Below are positions 1-12,730 of a stretch of DNA of 64,000 nt, in pieces. The translations under genes and the position numbers were made by a program. Where the stretch lies: positions 5,766,001 to 5,830,000 of the forward strand of contig NC_043000.1 of assembly GCF_006345805.1 (NCBI RefSeq), given 5' to 3'. Position 1 is the first letter of the stretch. The number at the start of each line of letters is the position of its first letter. This DNA is from Octopus sinensis. Taxonomy: Eukaryota. The notes under the pieces were generated by a model, which was not told where the DNA came from, made no database searches, and was given only the letters and a program-made list of their open reading frames with translations.

Positions 1-870
1 TTCCTGAGTTTTGTCTATCTTAGCTTTTATCCAATTAGTCCTCAATGCTTGATCTTATGTCGCTACTAATAAAATTTGTGTCTCCCTTTTCAGCCTTCCT
101 TTCTGCAACCATAACCATATCCCACTATTATTTTCTGCAACTATCTTTGGGAATCTACCTTGCAAAGCCTCTGTCTAATAGCAGCTCCTAATAGACTTTC
201 TTCACTATTACCTACATAGGAGGCTATGTCTACTCTAGCTAACTCCACGCAACCTTCTACTGATATTAACCCTCTTTCACCTTCCTTTCTAGGTAAGTAT
301 AATCTTGCTACTCCTGCTCTTGGATGAAGTTCTCCATTCATATTGAATTCCTTCCTAGTTCTTCCGTCTAGATTTGCTAATTCAGATTTTGTCCAATCTA
401 CAAAAGCTGCTGAGTGTCTAAGTAATGATGCTGCCCAAGTATTTACAGCCTTCACTAGATTCGAACCATTTGGCATTGACTTCATCATCTTCCTCACCAT
501 TCTGATGTACTCCTCAATTTTCGTTTTCATTTCTATACTTAGTACCTTGTCAGATTCTAATACTCCTAGATACTTATAACTCTCTTCTTCTTTCAGTGAC
601 TTTAATGTCTGGTCAGCTGTCGCTTTTTCTTGACTAATATAGCACACTTATCTGTACCAAATTCCATGCTTATATCTTTGCTGAAGAGGCTTACAATCTG
701 TATAAAAGAATCTATCGCATTTTTATTTTTACTAAAAAGCTTCAGATCATCCATGTAGAGCAAATCGTTAATTTTTTCCTTTACTATTTCTGAACTGATA
801 CCACGTCTTTGTCTTCCGTAACACTAATCTGAGGGGGAAGGGTTAAACTATAGCTAGCTACATACATAAC
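1..870 (-). mobile_element. R4/Dong-clade non-LTR retrotransposon relic (RT domain plus thumb)
   Basis: Minus strand 746-757 encodes YMDD in the context LLYMDDLKLFSKN...MEFGTDKCA. ORF 141-647 has YKYLG, NTWAASLLRHSA..WTKSEL..LDGRTRK, HPRAGVARLYLPRKEGERGL, typical of R4/Dong RT C-terminal regions. Broken reading frames. Confidence 0.85.
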
Positions 871-1457
871 CTTAAGAGAAACAGTGTACCATATAATATT
901 GGTCCGTCATCGACACCATACAAATCCTTTTACATAATCCACTGCAATTACTGAACTAACAAAATGAAGCGTCTACCACTTGCGTCCACAGATTCTTCAA
1001 AATGTTCCGATTTCCTCACAAATCTAAATGTAGCACTTTGAATTTCTTCATACAATTCTCATACAATTCTTCATACAATTTATGTTTAACAACTGAATGA
1101 ATTTAATAAAAGCATCTAAATATGAAACATCATGAAAATTGTTCAAACTGAAGTCCTTCTTGAACGACACATTTTTCCATTCAAGTCAATACAGACTTAC
1201 AGATGGTATTTATAGAATTTTGATTTACTGTCAGGTGACTTTTGGCCAACTCTGTATATTCTAGCAACCTAGATATTCTCAGCTAAAGTACAAATAAATT
1301 TTTTTTTTCTATTTACTCCTTTGCTACTCTTATACTCACATATACATACTTTTCATTGAACTTTCAAATATTAATTCCTCATTGTTACAATAAATAAATT
1401 TATTATTCATGTAGCTATCAACAAACGCATATATCAAAAGCGCTCTCACTGCCGATG

Positions 1458-2080
1458 TACGTGGCGCGTTCATAAAGTATTCAACTTTATTTCTCTTCAC
1501 CAAAACTAATGCTGCGTAGGCAAAGTCCTTTGGGTGGGAGATTATGCCGCTCTTCCGGCGCATGCGTGAAAATTTTCGCGCCGAGAGACCACGTCAATTT
1601 CCAGCTGTTACTTTAATAGTACAGACATATAATGCGCGCTCGTTGGATTTTCGTTTCTACGTCAGTTGACCGAGCGCATCGAGCAGAGATCATAAACCCA
1701 CATCTCATCACCAAGATAATGGTCTTCGTGAAGTCAGGGTCGAGGTTTGCACAGTTGAACATGTCCTGAGCGATTTCCATGCGGGGAAGGGTGGAATTTC
1801 GCCGGCACTCTCCGCATGCACAAATTCTCCATTAAAATGGAATGCACTGATCTTGTGTTTATTCCCACTTCGTGAGCCACGTCCTTGATTGTTAAGCGAC
1901 GGTGTCCCATGACTACTCGCAGATCCTACTCAATGGGTTCTTCATTTCGGCTTGTGGATGGCCTGCCTGAGTGTGCCTTGCTCTCCACTGAGGTGCAACC
2001 ATGTCTGAATTTTGCCCATCGCGTGTAAACACTGGGTTCAAAAACAGTTTGAATTGAAACTGTTGAAGGCTAGCCGTGAG
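1458..2080. mobile_element. Rearranged Tc1/mariner relic
   Basis: TA+CGTGGCGCGTTCATAAAGTATT TIR-like start at 1458, and + strand RIEQR (1675-1689). Minus strand 1690-2050 reads HSGRPSTSRNEE..RRLTIKDVAHEVGI..SVHSILMENLCMRRV and EIAQDMFNCANLDPDFTKTIILGDEMWVY (HTH plus first catalytic D). Confidence 0.75.
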
Positions 2081-2089
2081 GTCAACAAT

Positions 2090-2570
2090 ATCTATCCTCT
2101 CTCCGCTCTCTATCTATCTACTTATCTATCTATCTAATCCTTCTCTCTTTGTCTCTCTATCTCATCTCTCTCTCTCTCTACCTCTTGTCTCTCTCTCATT
2201 CCCTCTGTGTATGTGTGTTTCACACTGACCTTGTTCTTGACTCTTTCTATCTTTCTTCCAATCTATACACACATACATGAGTATACAGAGACGTACACAT
2301 ATGCGTGCGTTGTATCCGTATATACCTAGACACACGGATATACACGAGTATATACATTTAACTCTTTATTTCTATCAATCTAAGCATGTTGGCTTGACTC
2401 TGGATCCTTCTCTCTTTTTCTGTCATCTTATTTTCACTCCTTCGTAATCTGTTTCTTTCAATCTTATAACAATATCTATCTATTTGTAGTTCTATCAGTT
2501 TCTCTCTCTCTCGCTCCATCTCTCTCGTGCTCTCTTCCACCCGCTCTTCCCAGTCAATCTATTTCCCATT
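2090..2570. repeat. CT/CTAT-rich low-complexity tract
   Basis: Degenerate (CT)n and (CTAT)n runs seen directly. Confidence 0.8.
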
Positions 2571-2734
2571 TCTTATCAAGCGCTTTCCTCCTCTCTTTTT
2601 TGTCCTTAATTTGCCATTTGCCTATCGAAACCTTCTATCGATTCATTTATCTTTTTCAGCTATCTCGTTAATTCTAAGATAGTATCACATATTAATTAAT
2701 TCATAGTTCATTACGCTGCTTGTAAGGTGTACAT

Positions 2735-2981
2735 AGGCACACGCATGGCTGTGTCATCAAGAAGTTCGTTTCGCTATCATGAGGTTTCTGGTTCGGTCCC
2801 ACTGTGCGATACCTTGGGTAATTCCGTAATATGATTCTACTGTGAATGTGTTTGTCTTTCAGTTTGTCCCGCCCAATCCCACTGCATGACAATTTGTACT
2901 GGTTTGTTTACATCCCCGTAACTTAGTGGTTCAGCAAAAGGATCGATAGAATAAGTACCAGTATTAAAAATAAATCTTGGG
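2735..2981 (+). mobile_element. tRNA-derived SINE family A, degenerate
   Basis: Head GCATGGCTGTGTCATCAAGAAG..GGTTCGGTCCCACTG and 3' block CCCCGTAACTTAGTGGTTCAGCAAAAGGATCGATAGAATAAGTACC match the other family A copies in the window. Confidence 0.7.
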
Positions 2982-3064
2982 CCAGTCTGATAGACTGAGA
3001 CTATCAGGCGGTACGCCAACATATCCGAGGTTCAACGAGTGGAACAAGTAAAAGACTACAAGGT

Positions 3065-3390
3065 TTTTTTTGTTACTTGTTTCAGTCATTAGATTGTGGC
3101 CATGTGGCCATGCTGGGGCACCACCTTGAAGACTTTTACTCAAACGAATCAACTTCAGTACTAAGTATTTTTTGTAAAGCCTGGTGCTTATTCTATCGAC
3201 TCCTTTTGGCGAACCCGCCAGGAAAAATGCCTGGCGTCATTTCCTCCGGCTTTATGTTCTGAGTTCAAATGCCACTGGAGTCGACTTTGCCTTTCATCCT
3301 TTCAGTGTCGATAAACTAAGCGTCAGTTTAACGTTGGGGTCGACTTACCCCTCCCCGAAATTGCTGACCTTGTATCAAAATTTGATTTAA
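3065..3390. mobile_element. SINE-A 3' fragment (minus, 3065-3215) followed by SINE-B variant (plus, 3225-3390)
   Basis: TGTTTCAGTCATT..GGCCATGCTGGGGCACC (A tail reversed); GAGTTCAAATGCC..GTCGACTTTGCCTTTCATCCTTTC (B body). Confidence 0.7.
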
Positions 3391-4344
3391 AATCTCCTCT
3401 CTCACAGTTTGGTAATTTTTGCATTGGAACGAATAAATGTTATAGTGTTTTTGAATAGTTTCCATAAGAACATAATAGTTATTCAATAAGACCGCTTCAT
3501 AACAACACAGTTCTAACGAAAATGGGGTTTCCTAAGTCAACAACGACGTTGCTAGTTGACGCTGCTTGGTACGTGATACATTAATACATTGATAGATCTG
3601 ATATAATGGAAGAGTAAAGTTCGATAGTTTATTTCGTGATTCTAACCAATATTTTTTCCAACCTTGACTAATATATAATTCTATATTACAGACTAGCTTC
3701 CAAAGTTATAATTCTGCTTTAACCCCAAGGTCATTTCAAAATTACATGGGACGAAACAGAAATAAAACAGTTAAATCATTAAATAAACAAATACAGTCAA
3801 ACCTACATCCTAAGGCATACAGAATACTTTAAAATGCGAAAGCTTTCTTTGTCTAAACAAACGTATAACAATATGCATGTATACATACATATATTTACGT
3901 ATGTACATGTATATTTGTGGAGGCACAATGTACATATGTGTGTGTGTATACATGGGTCTGTTATTTTTCATTTTACTTGAGGAAACATCGGTCGTAAATT
4001 CACAGCTCACTTCCAGACCAATAACTATAGATATTTCAGCATTAAACATGTTTCAGATACTATAATTTAAGCCCGATGCGACAGAATTTATGTAGTTTAA
4101 TTAAATATGTGGACGATTAATGTCTTGTATGCAAAACTGGAGAGATCATCAAGTTACTTCTGTTTAAATTATTGCTCTATATATATAGCATTACAAATTG
4201 CTAATTCTTTGGGTAACTGAAAAATAAAGAGTGCATTTTGTCTGAAGAGGTGATAGTAATTTCAGAAACAGCCTTGTAAGCGATTTTTTATGATCCATGA
4301 AGAAACATTTGGATGTCTGTGTATGCAAACTTGTATATACATGT

Positions 4345-4431
<87 letters not shown>

Positions 4432-5054
4432 GTGGTGTCTATCATTTATGACGAAAACATTTTAGAATATTTTAGACCAATAATCGGTCTCATCTTTAAA
4501 AAGATTCATCAGCGGGCAAATCGATGAATATAAGTATAATTCCTTTTTTGAATCAATAAAATCAAAATCAATATAATTCATTTTTTTTAAGTTATTCGTT
4601 TTAAGACATACTCGACTTGAAGGAGAACTTTGTGACACCCTGCTGATCATAATATCTTGCATATATTTACGTGCGTTATGATGCTGAAAACCATACACAA
4701 TAAATACAGAGAAAACGTGCAAATATCACCCGATGCACACAATTGCTCAACACCAGCTTAAAAGCTGCACTCCGTGCGGACTTTTAAACTAGCTCCTGCC
4801 GGAGGCTAACGGTGCCTGCTGCCCAAAGCTAAAAAGAGCTAAATAGCATGGCTATAATACGTCTATAATGACTATATGCCTCGGTGGTGTTTGGTCAGAG
4901 GTTAAGGTCGGATGAGAATTAATTCTGTAATGTAATCATTCTATTGGTCTAGTCTCAAGTTGAATTCCATCTGTTGGCCAATTTTTCCCAAAGTTCTTAG
5001 CTTGACAAAATTAAGGAAGCGAATGGCATTTATCTCCCCCTTGATTTCTAAATC

Positions 5055-5335
5055 GTGTTGTGTTCTTGAGCAAGACACTTTATTTCACGTTGCTCCAGTT
5101 CACTCAGCTGTAGAAATGAGTTGCGACGTCACGAGTGCCAAGCTGTATCGGCCCCTTTGCCTTTCCCTTGGATAACATTGGTGGCGTGGAGAGGGGAGGC
5201 CGGTATGCATGGGCGACTGCTGGTCTTCCATAAACAACCATGCCCAGACTTGTGACTAGGAGGGTAACTTTCTAGGTGCAATCCCATGGTCAGTGTTGTG
5301 ACCGAAGGGGGTCCCGGATCCCGGATTTCTAAAGC
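5055..5335 (+). mobile_element. SINE body/tail lacking a clear tRNA head (fourth family)
   Basis: GTGTTCTTGAGCAAGACACTTTATTTCACGTTGCTCCAGTTCACTCAGCTG resembles conserved SINE central domains (from recall). It is followed by a GC-richer tail ending GACCGAAGGGGGTC. Confidence 0.55.
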
Positions 5336-5853
5336 CATCTGACAAGCGCCAACCAATATGGTGTGAATCAGCCAAGCTTTACCTGCTAGAAATAGTCACT
5401 CAATCATATTCCGATGCTGGATGTTCAAGAACCAAATGAAGGGCAGATTTTCGATCCCAAGATCATCTTGATTCCAAAGAGATATATCTCTATGCAGAGC
5501 AAATGTAGACTGAGGAACATAAATCCCGGACTGACAGAATTTCGAGTTTATTAATATAGATGAAGATATATATCAACACTTGCAGGTGTGTATAAACTGA
5601 AAATCACATTTAAACATAAATAAGCAATCAACATTTGTCAAAAATTATGGCTTACATAGCAGTGCAAATTTAAAGTAGTACTGTGTTCTGGTAGGAAATA
5701 GAGAGTACTTTTATGCACACTTTCGTTTTTGAAAAGCCGAACAATAACTTATCGATTCATTCTTAATCCGTTCTGGCAGTTTCGAACGTAAATTGCTGAT
5801 CGCCACCGTTTGTTCATCATCGGAAAACCCATTCTCCATTTAGACGCTGTATA

Positions 5854-6527
5854 TCTATATATATAAAACTGTAGCTGTGTGAGTGTCTGTCCTCTTCGAT
5901 TTAAATTCCTAACTACTCCCACATTTTGCGGTGCAGTTTAACCAAATTCGGGTATCTTATAGTCGTGATTCATATCGAGCCCGTCTGGGTATTAGCGCGC
6001 GTCTACGATGAGTCTGCGATTTTAAAAATAATTTAACATCATTTTTTATTCCATTTTAATGCATATTTTTTCGTGTGTCGATGGCGGCGGAGTTGGCGTC
6101 CATGGTCACACCTGCACCTGTTTGCTTCTCCCCCTTCTTCCCTCCCTCGTGAAGCTGTGGGGAAGGGAGTGTAAGGAAATCAAAGTCGTAAAGCGTTGTC
6201 AAGGAGACCAGCGTTCTTTTAGAACAACAACTTCATGGCTTGAAGACACCAAAACAGAAATGGCTAAGAAAACGTCTACGATGAATCTACGATTTTAAAA
6301 AAAATTTGCCATCATTTTTTCCATTTTAATGCATTTTTTCGCTATTATATAAGGGAAATAACTCTCTAAAAATGTCTACGATGAGTCAACGATTAAAAAA
6401 AAATTACCATCATTTTTTATTCCATTTTTAATGCATTTTTTTGCTAATTTTTTTGCTATAAGTCTCTAAAAATGCTTATATAGTTATTTCCCTTACAAAC
6501 CCGAGCAACGCCGGGCGATACTGCAAG
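5854..6527 (+). mobile_element. Non-autonomous Helitron-like element
   Basis: Starts A|TCTATATATATAAAA. Ends with hairpin CCCGAGCAACGCCGGG then CTGCAAG|T (CTAG mutated to CAAG). Three internal copies of GTCTACGATGAGTC..GATTTTAAAA..CATCATTTTTTATTCCATTTTAATGCA. Confidence 0.7.
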
Positions 6528-6902
6528 TTCATAATACACGTGATTCGCCGGTGTAAGGGGACTTTAAGACACCTAGTTGCCAGTCAGGGGAGGTAACTTT
6601 GATTGAGAAGATATACCACGATGTCGAAATACTGTGGTATCTTTAAGGCTTCATACACCAGAGAACCGGTGAATCGCTTGTGTTATAAACATATATCGTC
6701 CAAAAGAAGGAGGCGTTCTCCGAAGATTAACAACAGCGTTCAGGTATTCACGTTTGAATTTGCCTGATCCTATTAAGAATGAATAGATATGTTATTGCTT
6801 TATTGATTAACCCGTAATTCCTTTTTGGACCTAGTGAAATAAGTACAATTTTTAGTAACAAATAACCATTAGGAAAATAGCTTGTAGAGACATCATATTC
6901 TC

Positions 6903-7130
6903 GGCGAGCTGGTAGAAACGTTAGCACGCCGGGCGAAATTCGTAGCAGTATTTCGTCTGTCGCTACGTTCCGAGTTCAAATTCCGCCGAGGTCGACTTTG
7001 CCTTTCATCCTTTCGGGGTCGGTAAATTAAGTACCAGTTATGCACTGGAGTCGATGTAATCGACTGAATCCCTTTGTCTGTCTTTGTTTGTCCCCTTTGT
7101 GTTTAGCCCCTTGTAGGTAGTAAAGAAATA
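6903..7130 (+). mobile_element. tRNA-derived SINE family B, full length
   Basis: GGCGAGCTGGTAGAAACGTTAGC (A-box-like), GAGTTCAAATTCC (B box), body CCTTTCATCCTTTCGGGGTCG..AAGTACCAG, tail CCCCTTGTAGGTAGTAAAGAAATA. Confidence 0.9.
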
Positions 7131-7429
7131 TATAATCTAATGGCTGAAACAAGCAAAAAGCTACAAGAATATACCTAATTTTAATATTTCCAATTATCAG
7201 TAATCCTTATTTTTCATCAACAATTTTAACAAATCAGTCGATAATATATTCTCCTTCATTGTTCATGATTTCTTGTCAGCGTCCCTCTAGCTTGAAGGTA
7301 GAAACCACCAGGTCTTGACTCGAAGAAGTTATCGATCTACGTTTTCAGTCTCACGTCATTGTCGAATGAAATGCCACGCAGACTTTAAAGAGCGACAAAA
7401 ACCAAGGTAATAACCTGATTTTATATGAT

Positions 7430-7772
7430 AGGAGAACGTAGTGGATGCGGTAGAACGATTTCTTGAACAGCTTTTTTGGTCGAATTAGTGACTTTGGGGT
7501 AAGCCATGTCATGTTGAAAACGCACTCCGTATCGCCAGTTGGATCCTTTTAGTTGGATTGTCCATCGAATGAAGGATGCAGGTGATGGCATCATGAGAAT
7601 ATCCCATCTGCTGGGCCCATTCCCTTATGGATTTGCGCGTATCTTCGTAGATGAGTTCGTTCAATCGATCCTCTTTGAACTGAAAAGGGTGACCGGAACG
7701 CGGAGAGTCTGTGATATCGAAGTTCCCCTCCTTGCATCGTGCAGTTGTTTCAGTAACACTGTGTAGCGCCAT
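7430..7772 (-). pseudogene. mariner transposase N-terminal fragment
   Basis: ORF 7509-7772: RCKEGNFDITDSPRSGHPFQFKEDRLNELIYEDTRKSIREWAQQMGYSHDAITCILHSM, matching the mariner RFxxGxFDLEDxPRSGRP..DPRQTTRELA..L..MG pattern. Confidence 0.75.
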
Positions 7773-7878
7773 TTTTGTCCATAGGTAACAGTTTTTATTT
7801 CCTTTTTTTTTTACTCCTAGAAAGTATGAAAAATGACTAATATATCCTTCAAACTTCGCTTTTGTTATGATATTTATT

Positions 7879-8030
7879 TAAACCCCAAAGAATCCCTCTC
7901 AACACACGGCTATGATGCTCCCCCAATACTTCTGCTCATGATCAGAGATGTACATATTGCAGCCATTAAGGAACATGTCTAAATGGTTGACAATCAAATC
8001 TGTGATACTGAGCAGAGTATTTGTTATAAC
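7879..8030 (-). mobile_element. Internal fragment of the ~550 bp TAA-flanked element
   Basis: AAACCCCAAAGAATCCCTCTCAACACACGGCTATGATGCTCCCCCAATACTTCTGCTCATGATCAGAGATG matches 17530-17610. Confidence 0.8.
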
Positions 8031-8799
8031 GATATTTCTGCTTCGGCAACTCAGCGCTGAATCTGTCTGAAATTTAATGGAAAATAGGTCAGCTTCAAAA
8101 CATAGATGTCCATATCACGAAAGTAAAGTTTAAAGGTATAGAAGTCATTTCCTTTGACTTCTAGAAAGAAGCAAATAAGAAATAACTTATTGACCAAAGA
8201 AAAGGTAAAGAATGAAAAATTTTGTTACACAGTGTCATAGAGCCTTCTCTGAGCAGCATTAATGTTTCGAGCGGCATTGATAGCTTTGGAAACCACGATT
8301 AGAAGTGAGGAGAAGCAGGTGTGGAAACGGCTTCCTTTTTTCTTATTTTCTAATAGGCTTTCCATTGTCAAATGTCTGTAAAAGGTAAAACTTCATTCAA
8401 ATTTCAAAAGCAATAAGAAATAGTTATAGAGGAAGTACAGAACTACAAAAGAAAAACATAGAAAAAAACTGCACTAAAAATGTTTTTCATTATTCATATA
8501 GCGTAAGAAACAAGCGAACGAATTTATCTGACGAATCGATATGTTATTTTCAGGTAATTTTTTTTTTTATATACATCACTCACATTTGTCATTCAGTGCT
8601 TAATTTTATCTTTTTTCGCAGACGGTGAAGTATCATTTATTTATTTATGCATTTTATTTATTTATTCATTTGTTCTAAATTTCAATGACTGCCAAAGCTA
8701 TTACTGTCTCCATTTGTTTTAAATTATTATTGCTTACTGAAAAATTACCTCCATAAAACGAATTAAGGTGAGCAGAAGGAGTTTCATGACTGTCTACAG

Positions 8800-8960
8800 A
8801 ACACACACATACAGGGGCGCACACACACCACACACACATACAGGGGCGCACACACACCACACACACATACAGGGGCGCACACACACCACACACACATACA
8901 AGGGCGCACACACACCACACACACATACAGGGGCGCACACACACCACACACGCATATATG
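8800..8960 (+). repeat. Minisatellite, ~29-31 bp unit x5
   Basis: Unit ACACACATACAGGGGCGCACACACACCAC repeated directly upstream of the PLE fragment. Confidence 0.9.
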
Positions 8961-8964
8961 TACA

Positions 8965-10188
8965 TATATATCTGGCCGAACTTGTCCTCTCACTTAACTG
9001 CTTCTCGTTCGCGGATGATTTTTACCAACAACTCTCTGGAGTAGCCATGGGAACGAGAATGGGCCCCAACTATGCGAACCTTTCCGTTGGCTACGTTGAG
9101 ACCCAAATATTCTCAAGTTTCACTGGTCCCAATCCTAAACTATACGGTCTTTATATTACGACTGTATCGGTGCGACCTCACTTTCCCGCGAACAGACTCC
9201 TTCCTCTCTTTTGTCAAATCTTTCCATCCTGCCCTGCACTATTTCCGACACCTCCGTCGCCTTTCTCGACATTTCGGTCAGTATTCATCACTCCACTCTC
9301 ACCACTTCCATCCACTACAAACACACATACTCACATTCATACCTCAACTTCTCCTCCTTCCACCCTAAACACATCAGGCTCTCCATCCCCTGTTCCCAAT
9401 TCCTCCGTCTTCGCAGGCTCTGCAGTGACAACCATGACTTTGAGATTCAGTCTCAACTCATGGCTCACCACTTCATCCTACGTGGATATCCCCTCACCAC
9501 TATCCACACCGCCCTTGCAGAGCACTTCCGTAGACCGTGCATCTACTCTCTCCTCACGAACCCGCCCCGCCATCATCTGTCTCCCGTTTCCCCTCACCTA
9601 CCACCCCACCACCTTACCTCTCCAACGCACAATTCTCCGAGTCTTCTGGCGACACCAGTCCGACCCCCCGACTTCGCACATATTCCCTAACCGACCCCTC
9701 CCCTCCTTCAAATGAGCTCACAACCTACGAGACCTTGGCCCACAGCTTCTTTCCTAACCCAACCTCCTAAGCCGGCTCGTTCCCCTGCTCCCACCCACGC
9801 TGCCGCACTTGCCCTTACCTCTCCAACACCACCCTCCTCAAAGCAACCATCATCGACCCTATCATATCACTGACTCCTTCACCTGCACTTCTAGCAACGT
9901 CATCTACTGCATCTCCTGCACTCTCGTCCTTCTCTATACATCGGTCAAAGTTGACGCCGCTTGGCTGACCGGTTCTCGGAACACCTCCGAGACATCAGAC
10001 TCGGCAACGACACCCCGGTCTCGCGCCATTTCCGCTCTACCGGTCACTCTTTACAACACCTGTCTGTGTTTGGATTGTCCTTGCACAGGGGCCATCCGGA
10101 CTCCCGTCCTCGCTGTGAGCAGGGATTAATCTTCTCTCTTCGCTCCTTTGCGCTACATGGGCTCAACTCTCCTCCCCTCTTCATCTAA
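8965..10188 (+). mobile_element. Penelope-like element (Neptune-like), 5'-truncated: RT C-terminus plus GIY-YIG endonuclease, frameshifted
   Basis: LVLSLNCFSF..FYQQLSGVAMGTRMGPNYANL; VAFLDISVSI..TSIHYKHTYSHSYLNFSSFHPKH..SIPCSQFLRLRRLCS; linker FPCSHPRCRTCPY (Cys motif described for Neptune); TCTSSNVIYCISC..YIGQS.RRLADRFSEHL..VSRHF (GIY-YIG). Confidence 0.9.
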
Positions 10189-10795
10189 CCCTCCTCCTCT
10201 CTCCTCTCTTCCTCCCCCATCTACTTCCTCCCACCCACCTCTCTTCTCTTGCTCTGGCATCTACTTCCGCTCTTCGCTCCTACCCACCTTCTCTCTTCCA
10301 CCCTCTCCCTTCATCGTCACCCCCTCCCTCGTTACCCACTCTACACATTCCAACCCCACCATGCCTCTACATCCCAACCCCCACCCCATCCCTTAGACTC
10401 CACCCTTGCTTCCCCCACTCTCGCCTCCCCCATACCCCAACACCACCACACCACACACCACCACATCACACCACTCCGCACACACTAGCACTGACCACTT
10501 CCTAGCACTTACACCATCATCCACACACGTACACATGCACACACGCACACGTCTATACACGTATGTATAGATTATTTGCATGAATACATTGTTTGTAGAT
10601 TTTATATCTTAATAAAAGAAGGAAGTAATCAGGATTTGGATAAATGCTATTTATTGAGCGCTCTCAAAGTCTTCAGGGATTTATCGTGAATTGTGGATTA
10701 TTGAAAATGTATCCCTTTTGTATATGAGAGTGAGTTGAAAAAAGTAGTCAAGAGCTCAACTTTCTTGCGTTTGGGGAAAATTACGCTTTGAGATG

Positions 10796-11098
10796 TGGAG
10801 GCATATGGCTTAGTGGTTAGAGCAGCGGACTCTCGGTCGAGGGATCGCAGGTTCGAATCTCAGACCTGGCGATGTGTGTGCTTATGAGCGAAACACCTAA
10901 GCTCCACGCGGCTCCGGTAGAAGGTAATGGCGAACTTCTGCTGACTCTTTCGCCACAACTTTCTCTCACTCTTTCCTCCTGCATCTTGCAGCTCACCTGC
11001 GACGAACCGGCGTCCCGTCCAGGTGGGGAACCTATACGCCAAGGAAACCGGGAAACCGGCCCTTATGAGCGAGGAGTGGCTCGAGAAGGAACAAACAA
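10796..11098 (+). mobile_element. tRNA-derived SINE family C, full length
   Basis: TGGCTTAGTGGTTAGAGC (A box), GGTTCGAATCTC (B box), body GAGCGAAACACCTAAGCTCCACG, tail GCTCGAGAAGGAACAAACAA. Confidence 0.85.
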
Positions 11099-11240
11099 TG
11101 CTTTAAGATACGCCTTAAATCACGACAATGCCCCTATAAATTCCTGACATATACATACATATTCTATATATGTAGTTATGGTGTGACTGTGTAGGACTGA
11201 ACACAGAGCAATGTTGTTGTTCCGACTGAAACTGGAACAA

Positions 11241-11733
11241 CCACACTGTTCGGGGTTCAGGGTTCAGTCCCAGTACGTGACATCTTGAGCAGGTTTCTTC
11301 TACTATAGCCCCTGGCCGACGAAAGCCTTGAGTGGATTTGGTAAGCGGAACTGTAAGAAGCACGACGTATATATATGTGTGTGTGTGTGTGTATGTGTGT
11401 GTGTATGTGTGTGTGTCTGTGTGTGTGTGTGTCTGTGTGTGTGTCTGTGTGTGTCTGTATGTCTGTGTCTGTGTGTCTGTGTCTGTGTGTCTGTGTCTGT
11501 GTCTGTGTGTCTGTGTGTGTACGTGTGTGAATATGCGCCTTTGCTTGACAACCGGTGTTGGTTTCTTTGCACCCCCGCAACTTAGCGTTCCGGCATAATT
11601 CATCGATAGAATAAATACTAGGCTTTTTAAAAGTAAGTTCTTGGATCGATTTGTTCGACTAAAATCCGTCAAGGCGGTGGCCCAGCATTGCTGCACTCAA
11701 ATAACTGAAACAAATAAACTTAAAAGATAAACG
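11241..11733 (+). mobile_element. SINE family A with expanded internal TG/TC microsatellite
   Basis: GGTTCAGTCCC B box, CTTCTACTATAGCC..GAGTGGATTTGGTA, internal (TG)n, 3' CAAGGCGGTGGCCCAGCATTGCTGCA..AACTGAAACAA. Confidence 0.8.
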
Positions 11734-11878
11734 ATGTGTGTGTGTGTGTGTGTGTGTATAAGGATATACATAATAAACATCTTTATACATATATACGCTT
11801 ATCTATATATAGACGTGTGTATACACATATGCATGCATATATGTGTGTTTGTGCGTGTATGTTTGTGTACGTACTTAT

Positions 11879-12119
11879 ACTCTCTTTTACTCTTTTACTC
11901 TTTTACTTTTTTCAGTCATTTGACTGCGGCCATGCTGGAGCACCACCTTTAATCGACGGGCTTCTTTTCAGTTTCCGTCTACCAAATCCACTCACAAGGC
12001 TTTGGTTGGCCCGAGGCAATAGTAGAAGACACTTGCCCAAGGTGCCACGCAGTGGGACTGAACCCGGAACCATGTGGTTGGTAAACAAGCTACTTACCAC
12101 ACAGCCACTCCTGCGCCTA
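11879..12119 (-). mobile_element. SINE family A, near-consensus ends, middle deleted
   Basis: Intact head (CCACACAGCCACTCCTGCGCCTA on +) and (CTCTTTTA)n tail. The join TTTAATCGAC|GGGCTTCT removes the microsatellite-bearing middle present in the other copies. Confidence 0.85.
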
Positions 12120-12486
12120 TGTATACATATTTTATATATTATATACACATATGCGCACATTTTAATTTTCATCATCTTTTTTCTGATTGTGGTTTATACA
12201 TTTGTTTCCACTTCTGTTAAACCATTACACTTATTATCTTTGTTATAAGTAATGCTGTGCACTTCCAAATCATCGGTTATGTAAACAATTACGCTGCTAA
12301 TCTTTTGCGAAGTAAAATTCAAAATAGTTTTAGCACTATAATATTTTAGCGCAATTGCTAATAATAGCAGACTACATCTGTACTGAGTATTTTTCCTATT
12401 ATTTGTTAAGTCTAACAAATACGAGGGTGTATGCGTGTCTACGCGTGTATGTATTTCATGCCAATACGATCGTCAGATAAACTTTT

Positions 12487-12526
12487 TGTCTGACGATCGC
12501 AGTGGAGTGAAACTCGAGTCGCACCA
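12487..12526 (+). ncRNA. Type I hammerhead ribozyme motif, tandem unit 1
   Basis: tgt-CTGACGA-tcgc agtg gagt-GAAA-ctcgag-TC-gca. Core intact, palindromic helix III ACTCGAGT, helix II has mismatches. Confidence 0.6.
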
Positions 12527-12680
12527 AATATTCATTCTATAACACGTATACTTTCTTCTCTCTTCCTCCTTTGTTTGACAAAAATCAACATTTGGATACG
12601 ATATGCATACATACATACATACATACATACATACATACATACAAACATACATAATCAACGTCTGTTTCTATATTCAACGC

Positions 12681-12730
12681 TGGTATGATTTGCCTGACGA
12701 TCGCAGTGGTGTGAAACTCGAGTCGCACCA
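12681..12730 (+). ncRNA. Type I hammerhead ribozyme motif, tandem unit 2 (best copy)
   Basis: tgg[tatgatt]tgc-CTGACGA-t cgc agtg gtg t-GAAA-ctcgag-TC|gca cca. Bulged helix I, 3 bp helix II closed by a U-U mismatch, GUC cleavage triplet ending at 12724. Confidence 0.72.

Noticed and set aside
4236-4285. CTGAAGA..GAAACAGC..TGTAAG on plus
   Set aside because: Helix II is weak and there is no helix I.
4465-4520. Hammerhead-like string on minus (CTGATGA-atctt..aagat-GAGA-cc..gg-TC)
   Set aside because: Core GAAA is mutated and helix I does not pair (gcccg vs taaaa); it cannot be separated from chance.
4765-4792. Helitron-like 3' end (hairpin plus CTAG)
   Set aside because: Followed by C rather than T, and no matching 5' TC end was identified.
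5200-5335. Possible HDV-like ribozyme in the SINE tail, and likewise in the 550 bp element
   Set aside because: Some stems can be drawn, but I could not build a consistent nested double pseudoknot (P2 fails or overlaps P1). It needs a descriptor search.
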